64,000 nucleotides of DNA from Nitrospirales bacterium (GCA_963555755.3 OY820905.2:768001-832000); one strand, 5' to 3'; shown: positions 21,286 through 34,216, counted from the first letter of the stretch. Notes: a model not told the origin generated them from the sequence alone. A program made the numbers and translations.

Positions 21286-23074
21286 TCTAACCTTTTGATG
21301 TCATTGAAGAAGTCACGGTTTGGGCGAGGCCACGTCTCTGCCTACACATGCACCTTGGCTGGCCGTGTGGTGGTGGCAGGCGGGGTGATCCCCAATGCGG
21401 CAAAGATGGTTGCCTGCCTAGCATCGGGGCGAGCCAGCTGAAGCACCTCCTGCCCGCCGATTGCATGGCGTTGGAAACACAATCGTGACAGGGCCCCCAG
21501 GGCGTCTTGAAGGGTCAGCGCCTGGGCGCTCTGCTCCGTCGTCCCAAACGCCTCCTTCAGGCCTCGCTCGCCTTCCCGGGCCACTTTCAGGGCGAGCATC
21601 GCGGCAAAGACATGGCCACGCGTGCGGCTCTCCTTCCGCACAAAGATGGGGCGCAGTTCGAGCAAGCCCGTCTTCATCGTCCGGAAGTCGCGTTCCACCC
21701 GTTGCAGGTCCCGGTACCGGGCATCCACCGTCGCGGCATCCATCGTGTCCCGAGCCACATCGGTTTCCAGCACCGAACAGCCATCCAACAGGGCCGCCTC
21801 GGCCTGCTTGGCCTCATCAATCTCGACCACAAGCTGGGTCCCCTGCAGGGCGAGGGTGGTGAAGGCGGAGAGCTTGTGCTTCTTGGCCCACTGGGTCAGC
21901 TGCCGCTGTCCCGCCGCCGGGGTGGCCCGCTTGGCCTTCTGGACAAACGCATTGCGCGCCGCGACCTTCTGCTGCAGTGTGGCCACTTTGTCCTGACGTC
22001 GCGTGGCCACCGTGTGGCGCAACGCCTCATTCCGCCGCAGGATCAGCCGACGAGACCCATCCTCCACTTCCTGTATCGTCTCATCAAACAAATTGAGTTG
22101 GAGCACATCTTTCTTCAGCAAGGTGCGAATCTGCGGGTCAGTGAGGGCGGTGAGGTACTTGAGTCCCTGCTCGGTGAGGGCCGCCTTGCCTGCGGCTTTC
22201 ACCATCCCCCGATCCCCCACACACACGACGTCGGTGATCTTGAACTGGGTCTTGATCCGTTCAATCTGCTCGGCGACCGTGCGGGGATCCGCCGTATTCC
22301 CCTTGAACACCGTGACGGCCAGCGGCTCACCATCCGGCCCTGTCAGCAACCCAATCACAATCTGCTTCTTGTGCTTCTTGCCGTCCCGGTTATACCCATA
22401 GGCGGCCAGTTCATTCTTGTCCCCCTCAAAATAGGAGGAGGTCACGTCATAGAGCACCAAGACCGGGGGCTGGCCGGTCCGCTGGACAGAGGCCCGATAC
22501 AGTTTCTTCTCGATGGCTTCTTGTTGGGTGCCCAACCAGTCTAAGGCCTCGTACAGGTCATCCTCGTCAAAGGCGGGCAATCCCAACACCTCAGCGACCG
22601 CATGATCGGTGGCCCACCGCACGGCTGACAGCCGCGAACCCTGATGAGCCACTCGTGCCAGCACCAGGAACAGGGCGAGCTTGGCTACTCGTTTCGGACC
22701 CAAGGCCGACACCACTCCCACCCGTTGGGCCACCGCTTTCAGGGCGAAGAGGACGCCAAAGATCCGATCACTCACGGGGCCCGCCTCGTCTTCCGTTCCA
22801 TCGAAATCCCCACGGAGGCAGCGCTTGAGCGCGTCTACGCGAGCCGGAGGCCACGAGGTCAGATTGGCCAGGGTCCGGGTCTTCACCTTGCCGCCCGCTC
22901 GGTAGCTTTCGCGCAATAAAATGGCGGGCGGGGAGGTGCGGTTAGGAACGGTGGCGATATACATGCTTTATGTATAGCATAAATAAAGCATTATAGTCAA
23001 GATAAAACAACAATTACATGCCTACATTACAGAGAGCAATCCAATCTTTCCCTGAAGAATTCCAACAGCTTAGG
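21286..23074 (-). mobile_element. Second IS1634-family element (transposase 21342-22964)
   Basis: MYIATVPNRTSPPAILLRESYR, LYDVTSSYFEG, GYNRDGK, VGDRGM, VERDFRTMKT; weak (T/C)CTAA TIR with TGGC on both flanks; ends approximate. Confidence 0.85.
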
Positions 23075-23442
23075 TGGCAAACATGGGGGGAAGATCCGTC
23101 GGGATCGATGTCGTCTCGTTCACTGAGACGCACCAGTCACCCATCAGGATCAAGACCCATGAGGGCGGCGGTGTCACCCGCCCTCCGGTCCCTGGCACGA
23201 CGTGCCCCAGAAAACCTTCAGCGCCCGGCCCGTGTCCAGTCGGAAGAAGAACAAATCGTGTGGCTGTTCGCCGGTGTGCATACTCGCGGCTGAACGCCAA
23301 CCCCTTCGTGGCTCACGGTCGAGGCGACGCAGTTCCTCCCACGTGCGGGAGAAGCAGGAGGGGGTGAACGCGGCGAATCAAATCTGCTGGTTGTGAACCA
23401 CCCCCTTGTCCAGCTCACCCCCACCCCCGTGTGTATACAGCC
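23075..23442 (-). ncRNA. Candidate IS110 bridge/seek RNA
   Basis: Structured non-coding region after tnp containing AGATTTGA (target-like) and CTGATGGGTGA (matches own end CTAATAGGTGA). Confidence 0.6.
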
Positions 23443-23981
23443 TTACGCAACGGCACGCTCGACATCAAAGGCCACCTCATCGCGCATGAGGTAAAAACAC
23501 GCCCGGGCCAATTTATGGGCCACGGCCTTCAAGGCAATGAATACATTGGTCTTGGCCAGCTTGCGGTGGTAGTATCGGCGAATCTGTGGGTCGTGCCGCA
23601 TCGCAAAGTGGGCGGCTTCCACAAACGCCCAGGCTAAATATTTATTCCCATTCTTGGTGTTGCCCTTCCCCTTGCGTTTCCCCTTGCTGAGTGTGGTGCT
23701 GCTCACACACCGGCAGTACGAGGCAAACTGGCCCACCGTGGAGAACCGCCGCCTATCGCCCGTCTCTACCATGATGGTGCAGGCCAGGGGTTGGCCAAGT
23801 CCGGGGACGGTCTGCAAAAACCGAAACGCGGGCCGGAGGCGAACACGGGCTTTCACCGCCCGCTCGATCAGGGTAATCTGCTCGGCAAGGTGGTGCATCA
23901 CGGCCAGAGTCGCTTGCACGGCCATCGCATGTTCCGGCAGGGACACCCATTCGCTGATCGTCTCAGGCCGAAGTTGCTTGA

Positions 23982-24559
23982 AGGGTATACTCCTTCCGCC
24001 AGATCTGCTTGAGCCGAGCCACCGTACTGGCGGACAGCCCCTTGGCCTCTGGGCCCACGAGGACTTCCAGCGCCGGTTGCATCTCTCCCGTCGAGATGCC
24101 TTGTAAGTACAGCCATGGGATCGCCGCTTCCAAGCTAGCCGACTTGCGCACATACGGGGGGACCAGCGCCGAGTGAAACGTGACCGGTTTGCCCTGGCGA
24201 CTCCGTACTTTTGGGACTTGTACGGGCACCGGCCCAATGCCCGTCTGAATGTCGCGCGTCGGCTGATGGCCGCTGAGGACAACCCTCGCATGCCCCTGTT
24301 CCGTTGACTGGTCTGCATAGGTCGCCAAGAGCTCGGCCACCTCCGCTTTCAGGGCTTGGGCAAGAAGCTTCTGCGCCCCTGTTCGAATCAACTCCGTCAG
24401 CGAATCGGTCCTTCCTCGATCTTCTTCCTCTGATTTGGTACATTCCTGCATCGTGGCGTCTCTCCTTTGTGGTTGTGGTGGATGTCTCGCAACACCCATT
24501 TCAACCCGAGACGCCGCGTGTTTTCAACTGATCCTAGACACTACTTTCAAGTATAACTC
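23982..24559 (-). mobile_element. IS256 5' fragment (start of duplicated block)
   Basis: Matches 511-1088; fused directly to the IS110 fragment. Confidence 0.9.
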
Positions 24560-24591
24560 AAATACTTGTGATATCCCTGATTATATTCTAT

Positions 24592-26676
24592 CCTACATTC
24601 CGCACTTGAAAACGTGTATTTTTCTGCCCCTCATGTATCGCCTCTTTTTTTTGCGCCACACTGCGGTTGAGGGATTTTGAGGAGTTGCAGCACTTGGTGC
24701 TGTGGCTCGGACCACTCATCCCAAAAGGTCCTCACCACCTTGCCGTCACGAAGAATCTCGTACCTGCAGTGCTGGGCAAAGAGTCGCTGGACTTGTTCCC
24801 AGGTCGGGGTCGAGGTGGGTCGTTCCTCGGGGAGGGTTCGCAGGGTTCGAATACCGCTCTTCTCCATCGCATGTCTGAGATCGCGCTGAATGAGGGCGGC
24901 CACGAGATCGGCGAGGTAGACCACGAGCATGAGGGCCTCGATGCGTTCGTTGTTCTTGAGGAACACCGGCGCCACCTGGAAGTCGGACTTGAGGCCGCTG
25001 AAGCGCTTCTCGATATGGGGCTGATACTTGTACGCCTCGAGGACCGCTTTGGCGGAGAGGGAGGTATTCGTGACCAGCGGAAAGATCCCATCGATGGCCT
25101 TGGCCCGAGCGAGCTGTTCCGGGTCTTGCTGGATCATGAGCTGCGGAATGTGTTTGACGGTGCGATGGTAGGTTGACGCGGGCGAGGGTTTGCCGCGGGC
25201 GGTCTGTGTGAAGGTTTCCTCCACGCGGTGGCTCACGGTCACCGTGAGCCACAGAGCCACCTGATACCTCGCGATGATCTGGTGGGCCTGCTTGAGTAAC
25301 GAGCGCTCGGTTCGGCGCCCACGCGCTTTCTTCTCGTTGAGCGCCGCGAGTTTGTGCCGAGCGATCTCCAGCCGGTCCTTGCGGCGGCTGGCATCGCGCT
25401 TTCGCTTCTCGGAGGAGCGATACCAATAGAGTCGAAACCCCTCCGCCAGCTGATACGCCTCGCTCGCGACCGAAAACACGTCAGACATCCCCCGCCTTCG
25501 AGTCGAGCGCTGGCGTAGGAGCGGGTCCCAGCGGACGGTCGCCTCGTAGCAGTCGGTGGCAAACGCGTGGGTTTCGGCCCGGGTCCGAGGGACGATGGTG
25601 ACAAACCGACCGTGTTCCTGGTCAATGCGCCGCATGTTGGCCGTCGTGCATAATTTGGAGTCGGCGACGTAGAGGAACCCGGCCCCGCCCACCAAGCGGC
25701 GCAACGTCAGCCAATTCTCGATATGCAGGGTATCGTCCGTCTGATGGCCCGCATGGGTCTTGAAGTGAATCGGCACGGCTCCATCGCGAGCCATCGACAA
25801 GTGGTAGCGGAGCTGTTTCAGATCGGGACGATGATCCTTGCTGTGGCCCCGCGTGAGGTGGACCCCTTTGCGCGATTGCGCCGCGTACGCCCCCGAGAAC
25901 TTGACGGAGGTGGAATCACTATGGATCTGGGAGACATCAATCGCGAACCGGTCAATGGCCGCCAGCGTGAGGGTGGGCTGCAACGTTGCGCGATCAGCCT
26001 GGAATAACCTGTCGAGGGCCCGTCCCAGCCCAGCATCGGTGAGCGGCGCGGCTCCTCGCTCAATCGGGTCGAACTGCTGGGCCCAGGCTGGGACGCGGTA
26101 GAGCGCTGCCGGTTCGATCAGCAGGCTTTTGATGAGGAGCTCAATCGCCGCAGCGTACCGCGCCGAACGAAGAATGTCCTCCAGGCGGTGGCGCACCCCA
26201 AGCGTCGCGAAACAGCGATTGATGAGTGGGAGGGTCGCGATCCGTACCTTCCGATGCTGCAAATCTTTGGCTTGCATCACGCCCTATCTTAATGCATAAT
26301 AGCATTAAGATGTCACGCGTAAAGATGATCCACCTCAGATCGCCCGGACCCGTTCTGCCCGGGAGTGTGTCGACCGCAAGGGCGCGATGCGGCAAACAGA
26401 CGTGCAAGTGTCGGGACGACCCGGCCCACCGACACGGGCCCTATTATCGCTGGACAGGCCTCATCGACGAAAAGAAGACCACGGTCACGCTCACGCAGGA
26501 GGAAGCCAGGGAGTGCGTACGACGGATTAAGAACTTCAAGAAACTGCAGGCGAAGCTGGCGACAGTGAGCAAGGAGGCGCTTGAAACCGCTCCGTGGACC
26601 CGGCGGTAAGAGCTAGGCGCTGGACACCACTGGTGGGTTCCAGGTTAAATGCACGTTCTCAAGTGCGGAATGTAGG
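24592..26676 (-). mobile_element. IS1634-family element, copy 2 (transposase 24631-26280; DUF6788-like 26310-26609 on +)
   Basis: Same TIRs, same TTCTAT TSD and same flanks as 1121-3205. Confidence 0.92.
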
Positions 26677-26713
26677 TTCTATACATCCGGCTTCATTTAT
26701 TTCGTGAAAATTT

Positions 26714-28823
26714 TTGTTATTCCTTAAATTAATAAATAATCAGGTATCAGCCATCAGCGTTTTGGCTTTGCTTGCTATTGGAACCTTCGCCACCTGCGTT
26801 TATGCGGGCGGCTTCACTGTCAAGAGCGGCGAGACTGTGATGATTACACAGGAACTCGACGGTGATGACAAAGGCGTGGTAGAAAAAGGCGGCGCTATAA
26901 AACCAACCAATAGTGGTGATAATGGCATTAACATAACCGGTAATGATAACACTGCGATCAACAACGGTTCTATCGAGACGGTGGGAGGCGCAGGGCCATG
27001 GTATTCACTTATTCGAATCCGACAACAACACCATCAACAACGACGGTTCTATAGAGACGATGGGTCACAGGGCCTTTGGCATTTACTTAGACGAATCCCT
27101 CAACAATGCCATCAACAACAACGGTTCTATAGAGACGGAGGTACGAGGTGCTTCTGGCATTTACTTAGACAAATCCCTCAACAATACCGTCAACAACAAC
27201 GGTTCTATAGAGACGATGGGAGACTTTGCCTCTGGCATTTCCTTATCCGGTTCCACCACCAATACCATCAACAACAACGGTTCTATAAAGACGGTGGGAA
27301 AAGACTCCTATGGCATTTCCTTATCAGCTTTCACCACTAATACCGTCAACAACAACGGTTCTATAGAGACGATGGGAGAAGGTGCCCATGGCATTTTATT
27401 ATTCGCTTCCGACACCAATAATACCATCAACAACAACGGTTCTATAAAGACGATGGGAGAAGGTGCCCATGGCATTTTCTTATTTTTTTCCGATGCCAAT
27501 ACCATCAATAACGACGGAGATATCTTTGTTACTGGCGTTGACAGCTTTGCTGTTTTGGATGATGGAAACAAGCAGAATAAAAACAATACCCTAAACCTGT
27601 TTTCCCGTTCGCGAATCATTGGCCGAATTGATTTTGGCGATGGAGTAGATACGGTCAATTTCCATTTCAAGAAAGCGGGTTTTTCTTCCACGTTGAGTTT
27701 TGAGAATACGGAGTCTATCAACCTGCATGACGACAATATGGTGAATGTGGGAGGCCTGACAGGAGTTTATTCGGTGGTTGATCCCACCGGTCAGTCAGTG
27801 AACGGAGCTGTTCTTGGTTCGATCACAAAAGATATCCATGGAATCCTGACCCGCCGTACGAGTCGGATGTCGAACACGAATCCCTCGCAACTGGCTTCGA
27901 CCCGTGTGGAACCGGGAATGATGTCCTCTTCCCAAAAATCACAAGTCTGGGCGAGCGGTTTCGGCGCCCACCGTTCACGCGATGAAGATGGCCGTGTTCT
28001 CGCTTATGACCACGTTTATTACGGCGGCGTCGCCGGTTATGAAACGGCAACCCGTCAAGCGAGTATCGGCTTCATGGCGGGCTACGCTCAATCTGATGTA
28101 AGAACAGATTTAACCTCGATCAACACCGATAGCGAAAGTTATTTTGTCGGCGCTTATGGTCAGAAAAGATTCGCGAGCTTCAACCTGGACGCCTCTTTGC
28201 TCGCCGGTTACGAGCGCTATGACAACGACCGTATTGTGGTCGATAACCTGAATAAGTTTGAAACTGCCGAGGCGGCTTATGACTCTTTTTTTCTAAGTCC
28301 GTCAGTCACTTTGAGTAGCGAAATCAGGGTATTCGACAAGATAGCGCTTCGTCCTTCAGTAACCGGGATTTACAGCGTCGCATGGTATGACGATTACACC
28401 GAATCGGGCACAACCCGATCTAACCTGTCCATCGACGACCGATTCTCGCATGCCCTGATCGGAAAACTGCAAATTGCGGCGGCGTATGTGTTCAGCAATG
28501 GCAGCGAAATAGGGATTAGAGGAGGCGGCAGGTATCGCTATACGATCAATGATGATGTTGACACCACATTAGCGGGAACGTCTTTTCGATATGCCGCGGC
28601 CGGAGACGACACTTACTTTGCAGCCATAGCGGGCGCCAATGCGCGCGTTGCGTTAATGGACAGTATCAACCTGACCGCCAATGCGGAATATGCATTCGAC
28701 GATGGCATTGAAACCACCCTGTCAGGCCAACTCGTCCTTGAATTTATTGGCTCTTTAGCAGAATCTTCGGCCTTGAATTTATTGGCTCTTCAGCAGAATC
28801 TGTGGGTGACTTGGTTCAAATAG
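26714..28823 (+). pseudogene. Autotransporter copy 2, +1 frameshift at ~26995
   Basis: Leader in ORF 26714, remainder in ORF 26943; 7 NT(I/V)NNNGSI repeats; barrel near-identical to copy 1. Confidence 0.85.
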
Positions 28824-28975
28824 AATAGAATAGGAATAGGGGTCAAATCTTTGAATTGAAATAGAAATAGGGTAGAGTAGAACACTGGTGCTCACCTGGA
28901 GCTACTCTCGAACGCTTCGACGCACGCGTCTACAACGGACCACAGCAGTCAGCCATTCCCAGCGTCCCCTCATCA

Positions 28976-30969
28976 GTAGGGTCGAGGACTGGCGCGCCAA
29001 CGGTAGGGTTCGGTGGCTCCTCCACCCCTTTCGGAATGGGCCTCAGTCCGACTCCCCTGGTCACGGTTCCAGTCCCCGCCACCTCAAACCCGGCGTGCTG
29101 ATTTCCAGCACCGGGCTTTCCTGGATGCTTCACCTCAAGGGTTATGTGACCTATCAGCCTGGAAGGACTTTCATGCCGACCCGTTGTACCGCACTCGGTA
29201 ATCTCCATATAAGCCAAGTACCGTGTAGAGCCAAACCTTACTCCACCTCTTCCAGCCAAAACCTCGACGGTGGCGCACTCGCATCATGTGCCGCCGGACC
29301 TTCCGCTCCACCCAATCCTTCACGTAGGATAAACACCGACTCGCATGCCCAATCCGGAAGTAGTTCACCCAGCCCCGTACGATCGGATTGATCATGGCGA
29401 TCATCCGTCCCACCGGCTGGGATTGCCCGCGTCGGAACACTTCCTTGAGCTTCCGCAGCAACGCGGTGCGCCGCTTCACCTTCGGTATGTACTGCGGGCG
29501 CCACACTCCACGCCGCGACCGCACACGCCGAAAGTCAAAGCCCAGAAAGCCGAAGCTGCCTCCCTGACTCAGGTCCACGATTCGGCTCTTCTCCTCATTC
29601 ACCTGAAGGTCTAATTGGGCCAACGCCTCTCGCAGCTTCCGCTCCGCAACCTGCGCCAGTTGTGCGTGGCGGCGATAGCCATCCACTAACACGACGAGGT
29701 CATCCGCAAACCGGACATACTCGAGATACGTATACTGGCCCTGCCGGGTTGTCTCCTTCAGCTGCTCCAGCCTCTCATCCACTTCCGTGAGATAGAGGTT
29801 GGCCAGCAGCGGGGAAATCACACCCCCTTGAGGCACCCCACGCGGGCCGGACGCCTTGACGATGAGTTTCACCAGCCGCAGGATCGCGGGATCCTGGATG
29901 CGTCGGGCCACCTTCGCCAGCAGCCGGTCATGCCGCACCGTGTCGAAGAAGGCCGCCAGATCCACATCAATCACTCGCGTCTTGTTCTGCACCATCGCCT
30001 GAGCCACCCGGCCAATCGCCTGGTGGGCTGTCCGTTTCGGTCGATACCCATACGACCCATCACGAAAATCCGCCTCAAAGATCGGTTCCAGCAGGAGCTT
30101 GAGCGCTCCCTGTACCACGCGGTCCCGAATCGCGGGTATCCCTAAGACGCGGACTCGTCCACCGCCTTTCGAAATCTCCACGTGCCGGTTCCGCATCGGT
30201 CGGTAGGTCTGCGTGACCAGTTCGTCCCGTAGTCGTGCAAGAAAGGGCTCCACCCCCGTGGCCTCGATGCCAGCAAACGTCACCCCATCAATGCCGGGGG
30301 CTCCGTTGTTTTTCTTGGCCATCGAATAGGCCGCGCGTAGCGTCGCCTCTTTGCACACGTGGACGTACAGGCCCCACACCCGCCATCGCTTCTCAGCCTT
30401 CGCCTTGACGTAGAGCCGCTGTCGCAGGTCTTGCAGTGTAATGGACGCCGTTGTCATCTCGTCCCTGCCTCCCATGTTGATCACAGCCTACAGCCAGTAG
30501 GGCTCCTTTGCTCCACAGGCATGACCCTGCTTCCTCGCTCCTACGAGCCCCTCCGCCACCCTCTCGTCTTCGGCTCACTTCCCAGAGAGCTGGTTATAGA
30601 GCCGATCTTCCTCCAGGGATTTCTCCCTGGGACGAGGAGGGCTTCTCCAGTTGCGTCGTCTGTCCTTGCTCCCGTGCTGTCGCTCTCACCCCGCCGGAGT
30701 GGCCAGGCGTCTCAGCCTTGGTTCGCCTGTCCATGCCGTCTTCGTCCTACGGACAGGGACTCGACCTCCGAGGTTTCATACTTTCGAGGCTACCTCTGCG
30801 TTCACTTTCGTTACGGCCCGGGAACTCGCTCACCATCCTCTACGATGGCTTTGTCGATGGGCTTCAGCGTCTCGGTTTCTCTCCACGCTGCCATCCAAGC
30901 TACAGGGCTCAGGCTCTTACCCTGGTGGGCTTGCTTCCCACTGAACAGTCTCGCCTTACCTGGACACAC
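28976..30969 (-). mobile_element. Group II intron C, inserted in domain V of intron A
   Basis: 5' GTGTGTCC, 3' ..GACCCTAC; empty site present at 7511/7512; EBS1 GTCCGT (30749-30754) pairs with ACGGAT. Confidence 0.92.
29171..30484 (-). CDS. ltrA: Group II intron RT/maturase of intron C (class E-like)
   Basis: [44 protein letters not shown]; no endonuclease domain. Confidence 0.92.
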   Translation of the reverse strand: MINMGGRDEMTTASITLQDLRQRLYVKAKAEKRWRVWGLYVHVCKEATLRAAYSMAKKNNGAPGIDGVTFAGIEATGVEPFLARLRDELVTQTYRPMRNRHVEISKGGGRVRVLGIPAIRDRVVQGALKLLLEPIFEADFRDGSYGYRPKRTAHQAIGRVAQAMVQNKTRVIDVDLAAFFDTVRHDRLLAKVARRIQDPAILRLVKLIVKASGPRGVPQGGVISPLLANLYLTEVDERLEQLKETTRQGQYTYLEYVRFADDLVVLVDGYRRHAQLAQVAERKLREALAQLDLQVNEEKSRIVDLSQGGSFGFLGFDFRRVRSRRGVWRPQYIPKVKRRTALLRKLKEVFRRGQSQPVGRMIAMINPIVRGWVNYFRIGHASRCLSYVKDWVERKVRRHMMRVRHRRGFGWKRWSKVWLYTVLGLYGDYRVRYNGSA

Positions 30970-31015
30970 ATCCGTGCGTACAGTTTTCCCGTACACGGCT
31001 TTCCGATGTTCTTCG

Positions 31016-34000
31016 TCAGAACGCATGCGCCCGTTTCCAGCCAGCTATCGTGGGAAGCTTGAACAAGCCGTATCGAGCATAGAGCATGGCCGTGGGAAAC
31101 TGCGCATACCCTGCCGCCCGGCTTTTCACCTTGTGCCGTTTGCGGAGGTGCGCGCGCAGTCGCTCTTCCACATGCCATTTCACTCGACCCAAGCCCTTGG
31201 AGCTCTTGCGGTAGTGGAAATAGCCCGCCCACCCGCGCACGTACTGGTTGAGCGTCGCCACCACATCAGGGAGCGGAATCGGGGTCCCACCACGAGCCGT
31301 CATCTGTGTCACTCGTGCTTTCGCCCGCTGGATGGATCGGAGGGACGGCTCCACGTGCGGGTAGACTTTCCCGCTCGTGCGTCCCGTCCGGAGACCAAAG
31401 GAAAACCCGAGAAAGTCAAACCGTTCCTGCCTGGCGTTGACTTCCCTGGTTTTCTCCTCATTGAGGCTCAGCCCCAATCCCTCCAGCAAGTGGTGGAGGA
31501 CCGTCATTGACGGAGCCACCTCCCCCGCACAAAGCACCACCAGTCGAGTCGCCCCGAGGAACCACCCCTCGAGGCGCTCACAGAACCGGACGTGAACGTC
31601 TCCGCTCATCCGGCTCTTCTTATCTAGCCTGTCCATACACCAACCGCCAGTGAGCAAACAGATTGGGCTGCCGACACGCAATGCGTCGCAACCACTGATC
31701 GGCTCGCCGTTTGTGGCCTCGCAGCCGCTTGAACTTGCGAGTGGCCCACAGCACAAGTTTGCGATCGATGTGCCGGAGGGACCGGTACAACGCCGATTGG
31801 TAGAAGGCACTGTAATAGGTCACCCACCCGCGTATCTTCGCATTGAACATCCGCGCCAGATCGTCGAGCGCTTTATCGCTCCGCAGATGGAGCTGCCAGC
31901 TCCGCACGACCTGGCGGATCGCCTTCCCCGCCTTATTACTGATGGCCGGACTGAAGTTGATGAAGTATTTCCCCCACCGGTTCTTCGACCGCCGTGGGCG
32001 AAACGTGTAGCCCAAGAAGTCGAAGGCGGTGATTGGATACCCCAGACGCCGATCGGCATCTTTGCAGTATACAATCTGGGTCTTCTCCGAATGGAGTTCA
32101 AGCCCCCAATCCGCAAAGCGCCGCGCTAACGCCCCTTTCAGATGTTCGGCCTGTTTCCGGGTGCGACAGTGACACACCCCATCGTCGGCATACCGCTCAA
32201 ACGGGATGTGCGGATAGTACCGCCTCATCCACGCATCGAAGACATAATGCAGAAACAGGTTCGCCAGCAACGGACTGACGACACCCCCTTGCGGCGTGCC
32301 TCGGGTCCGCTCCCGCACCGTCCCGTCCAACACTTGCTCCGGAGCTTTCAACCATCGCTCGATATAGAGCAGCACCCACGTAGCTTGGGTATGCCGACGC
32401 ACCATGGCCAGCAGCCGGTCATGGTCGATGGTGTCGAAGAACCCTTTGATGTCAAGGTCCACCACCCAGTCATAGCGCCAACACCGCCTGCGCGCCTGCC
32501 CAATCGCTTGATGCGCTGATTTCCCCGGTCGGTAGCCATAGGAATCCGGGTGAAAGTGGGCTTCCACTTCCGGTTCCAGGGCCTGTTTGACCACTGTTTG
32601 CGCAATCCGGTCTGCCACGGTCGGGATCCCCAACGGACGGCTGCCGCCGCCTGCCTTGGGAATCTCCACCCGCTTGACCGGCAGGGGCCGATAACTCCCA
32701 GAGGCCATCCGGTTCCAGAGCTTATAGAGGTTGTTGTCCAACCTCTGCTCAAAGTCCGCCACCGTCTGGCCATCCACCCCAGCCCCACCCTGATTGGCTT
32801 TCACTCGTTTGTAGGCTTCCCACACCTGACGTTGGGTAATGGGAAATGGCTTGGCCTGAGTCACGAAAGTCCTCCCATCGCTGGTTGCTCTCTTCCCTCA
32901 AGCCCGATAAGGCAACCCCTTCGCTCCAGCTCCATTACAGAACCTTCTTCACTACTACGAGTTGCTCCGCCCCTGTACCCCGCCTCGGTACTCTCACGCT
33001 TGTGGGACCTCCACTTGCGTTTCTCCCTTCGCATCGGGGTGACAGGTTCCCACGTTCTCCACAAGAGCCTGGACCGCCTTCTCGCCGCCTTCATGCCGGA
33101 CGCCATCTGGCCAGTAACCAGGTGCCCGCCAGATTCCTCCCGGAGTAACGATCCCCCCCCGGTTTTGACGTCATCCCTACGCTTTCGACACGTCCTCAGC
33201 GGTTCACTCACGTTCGACTCGACGGTCCATACCTGACAGGGTCTTGCCCTGCCTTTTCCCATTGCGCTCACCACCACCTCTCTTAAAGGCAGCAGCCATG
33301 GGTGGTTTGAAGCCTCCGCCTGTACAGCGACTTCGAGGGGCCTCCCCTCATCTCTTGTGCAGCATGGCTGCACAAAGGACTGACGTCCTTTTGTGCGCCT
33401 TCGTGGCGCACGATCATCGGCATACCGCACGATCTTGGCTCGGAGAGAGCGTCCAACCTCTGGACGGGCCCAGCTCCGATCCACCTCATGCAAGTACACG
33501 TTCGCCAAGAGCGGGGAAATCACGCCGCCCTGGGGTGTACCCTTCCGAGAGCCTTTGCCCCCACTCACGCGCGTCGTTCCGTGTCCAGCTTCCTCAACCA
33601 CTGACACCGTTAGCCATTGCTTGATGAGGCCTAAGACGGCCCCATCCGCAATCCGTTTCGCCACGGTGGCCATCAGTTTGGCATGGGGAATGCTGTCGAA
33701 ATACTGGGACAGGTCGGCATCAAGGACAGAGCCGTACCCCGCGTGCAGCGCTGTGGCCACCGCATCCGCCGCATCATGGGCAGACCGCTGTGGACGAAAC
33801 CCATACGAGGTCTCGCAAAAGTCCGCCTCGAAGATCGGCTCAATGACCAGCTTGACGGCCATCTGCGCCACTCGATCGGTGATGGTCGGAATCCCGAGGG
33901 GCCGGTGACCCCCATCAGGTTTGGGGCGCCACACCCGTCGCACCGCTTGTGCGCGATACCGCTTACTCTTCAGCTCGGCTTGCAGCTTCCTGAGAAATGC

Positions 34001-34216
34001 TTCTCTCCCTTCTTCCGCGTCGATGGCCTCCCACGTGCGCCCGTCTATTCCAGGTGCCCCGTGGTGGGACCGGACCAAGGCATAGGCATGACTCAGAATG
34101 TCCGCCTGGGTGACCTTGTCGTACAACGCATAGAAGCGAAAGCCAGATTCAGACTTGGTCTTCCGATACAGCTTCCTCTGTAGTGTCCTGATCGTACTTG
34201 GGGTTGATAGCGCCAT
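31016..34216 (-). CDS. ltrA: Group II intron RT/maturase of intron A, split by intron B (33412-34216 + 31016-31542)
   Basis: Joined exons are in frame (1332 nt) and read ..[23 protein letters not shown]. Confidence 0.9.
31543..33411 (-). mobile_element. Group II intron B, inserted right after the YADD codons of intron A RT
   Basis: 5' GTGCGCC, 3' ..GACTCGAC; domain V GAGCCGGATGAGCGGAGACGTTCACGTCCGGTTC; EBS1 GATCGTT (33147-33153) pairs with GATGATC. Confidence 0.93.
31620..32864 (-). CDS. ltrA: Group II intron RT/maturase of intron B (class D-like)
   Basis: [41 protein letters not shown]. Confidence 0.93.
   Translation of the reverse strand: MTQAKPFPITQRQVWEAYKRVKANQGGAGVDGQTVADFEQRLDNNLYKLWNRMASGSYRPLPVKRVEIPKAGGGSRPLGIPTVADRIAQTVVKQALEPEVEAHFHPDSYGYRPGKSAHQAIGQARRRCWRYDWVVDLDIKGFFDTIDHDRLLAMVRRHTQATWVLLYIERWLKAPEQVLDGTVRERTRGTPQGGVVSPLLANLFLHYVFDAWMRRYYPHIPFERYADDGVCHCRTRKQAEHLKGALARRFADWGLELHSEKTQIVYCKDADRRLGYPITAFDFLGYTFRPRRSKNRWGKYFINFSPAISNKAGKAIRQVVRSWQLHLRSDKALDDLARMFNAKIRGWVTYYSAFYQSALYRSLRHIDRKLVLWATRKFKRLRGHKRRADQWLRRIACRQPNLFAHWRLVYGQAR

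Larger units (their letters stand above)
21127..23981 (-). mobile_element. IS110-family element 3' part (transposase C-terminus 23443-23981 plus long non-coding right end split by an IS1634)
   Basis: LQTVPGLG, QFASYC, GNKYLAWAFVEAAH, AVAHKLARA; right end with outward TTGACA and CTAATAGG abutting TGACCCC. Confidence 0.75.
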
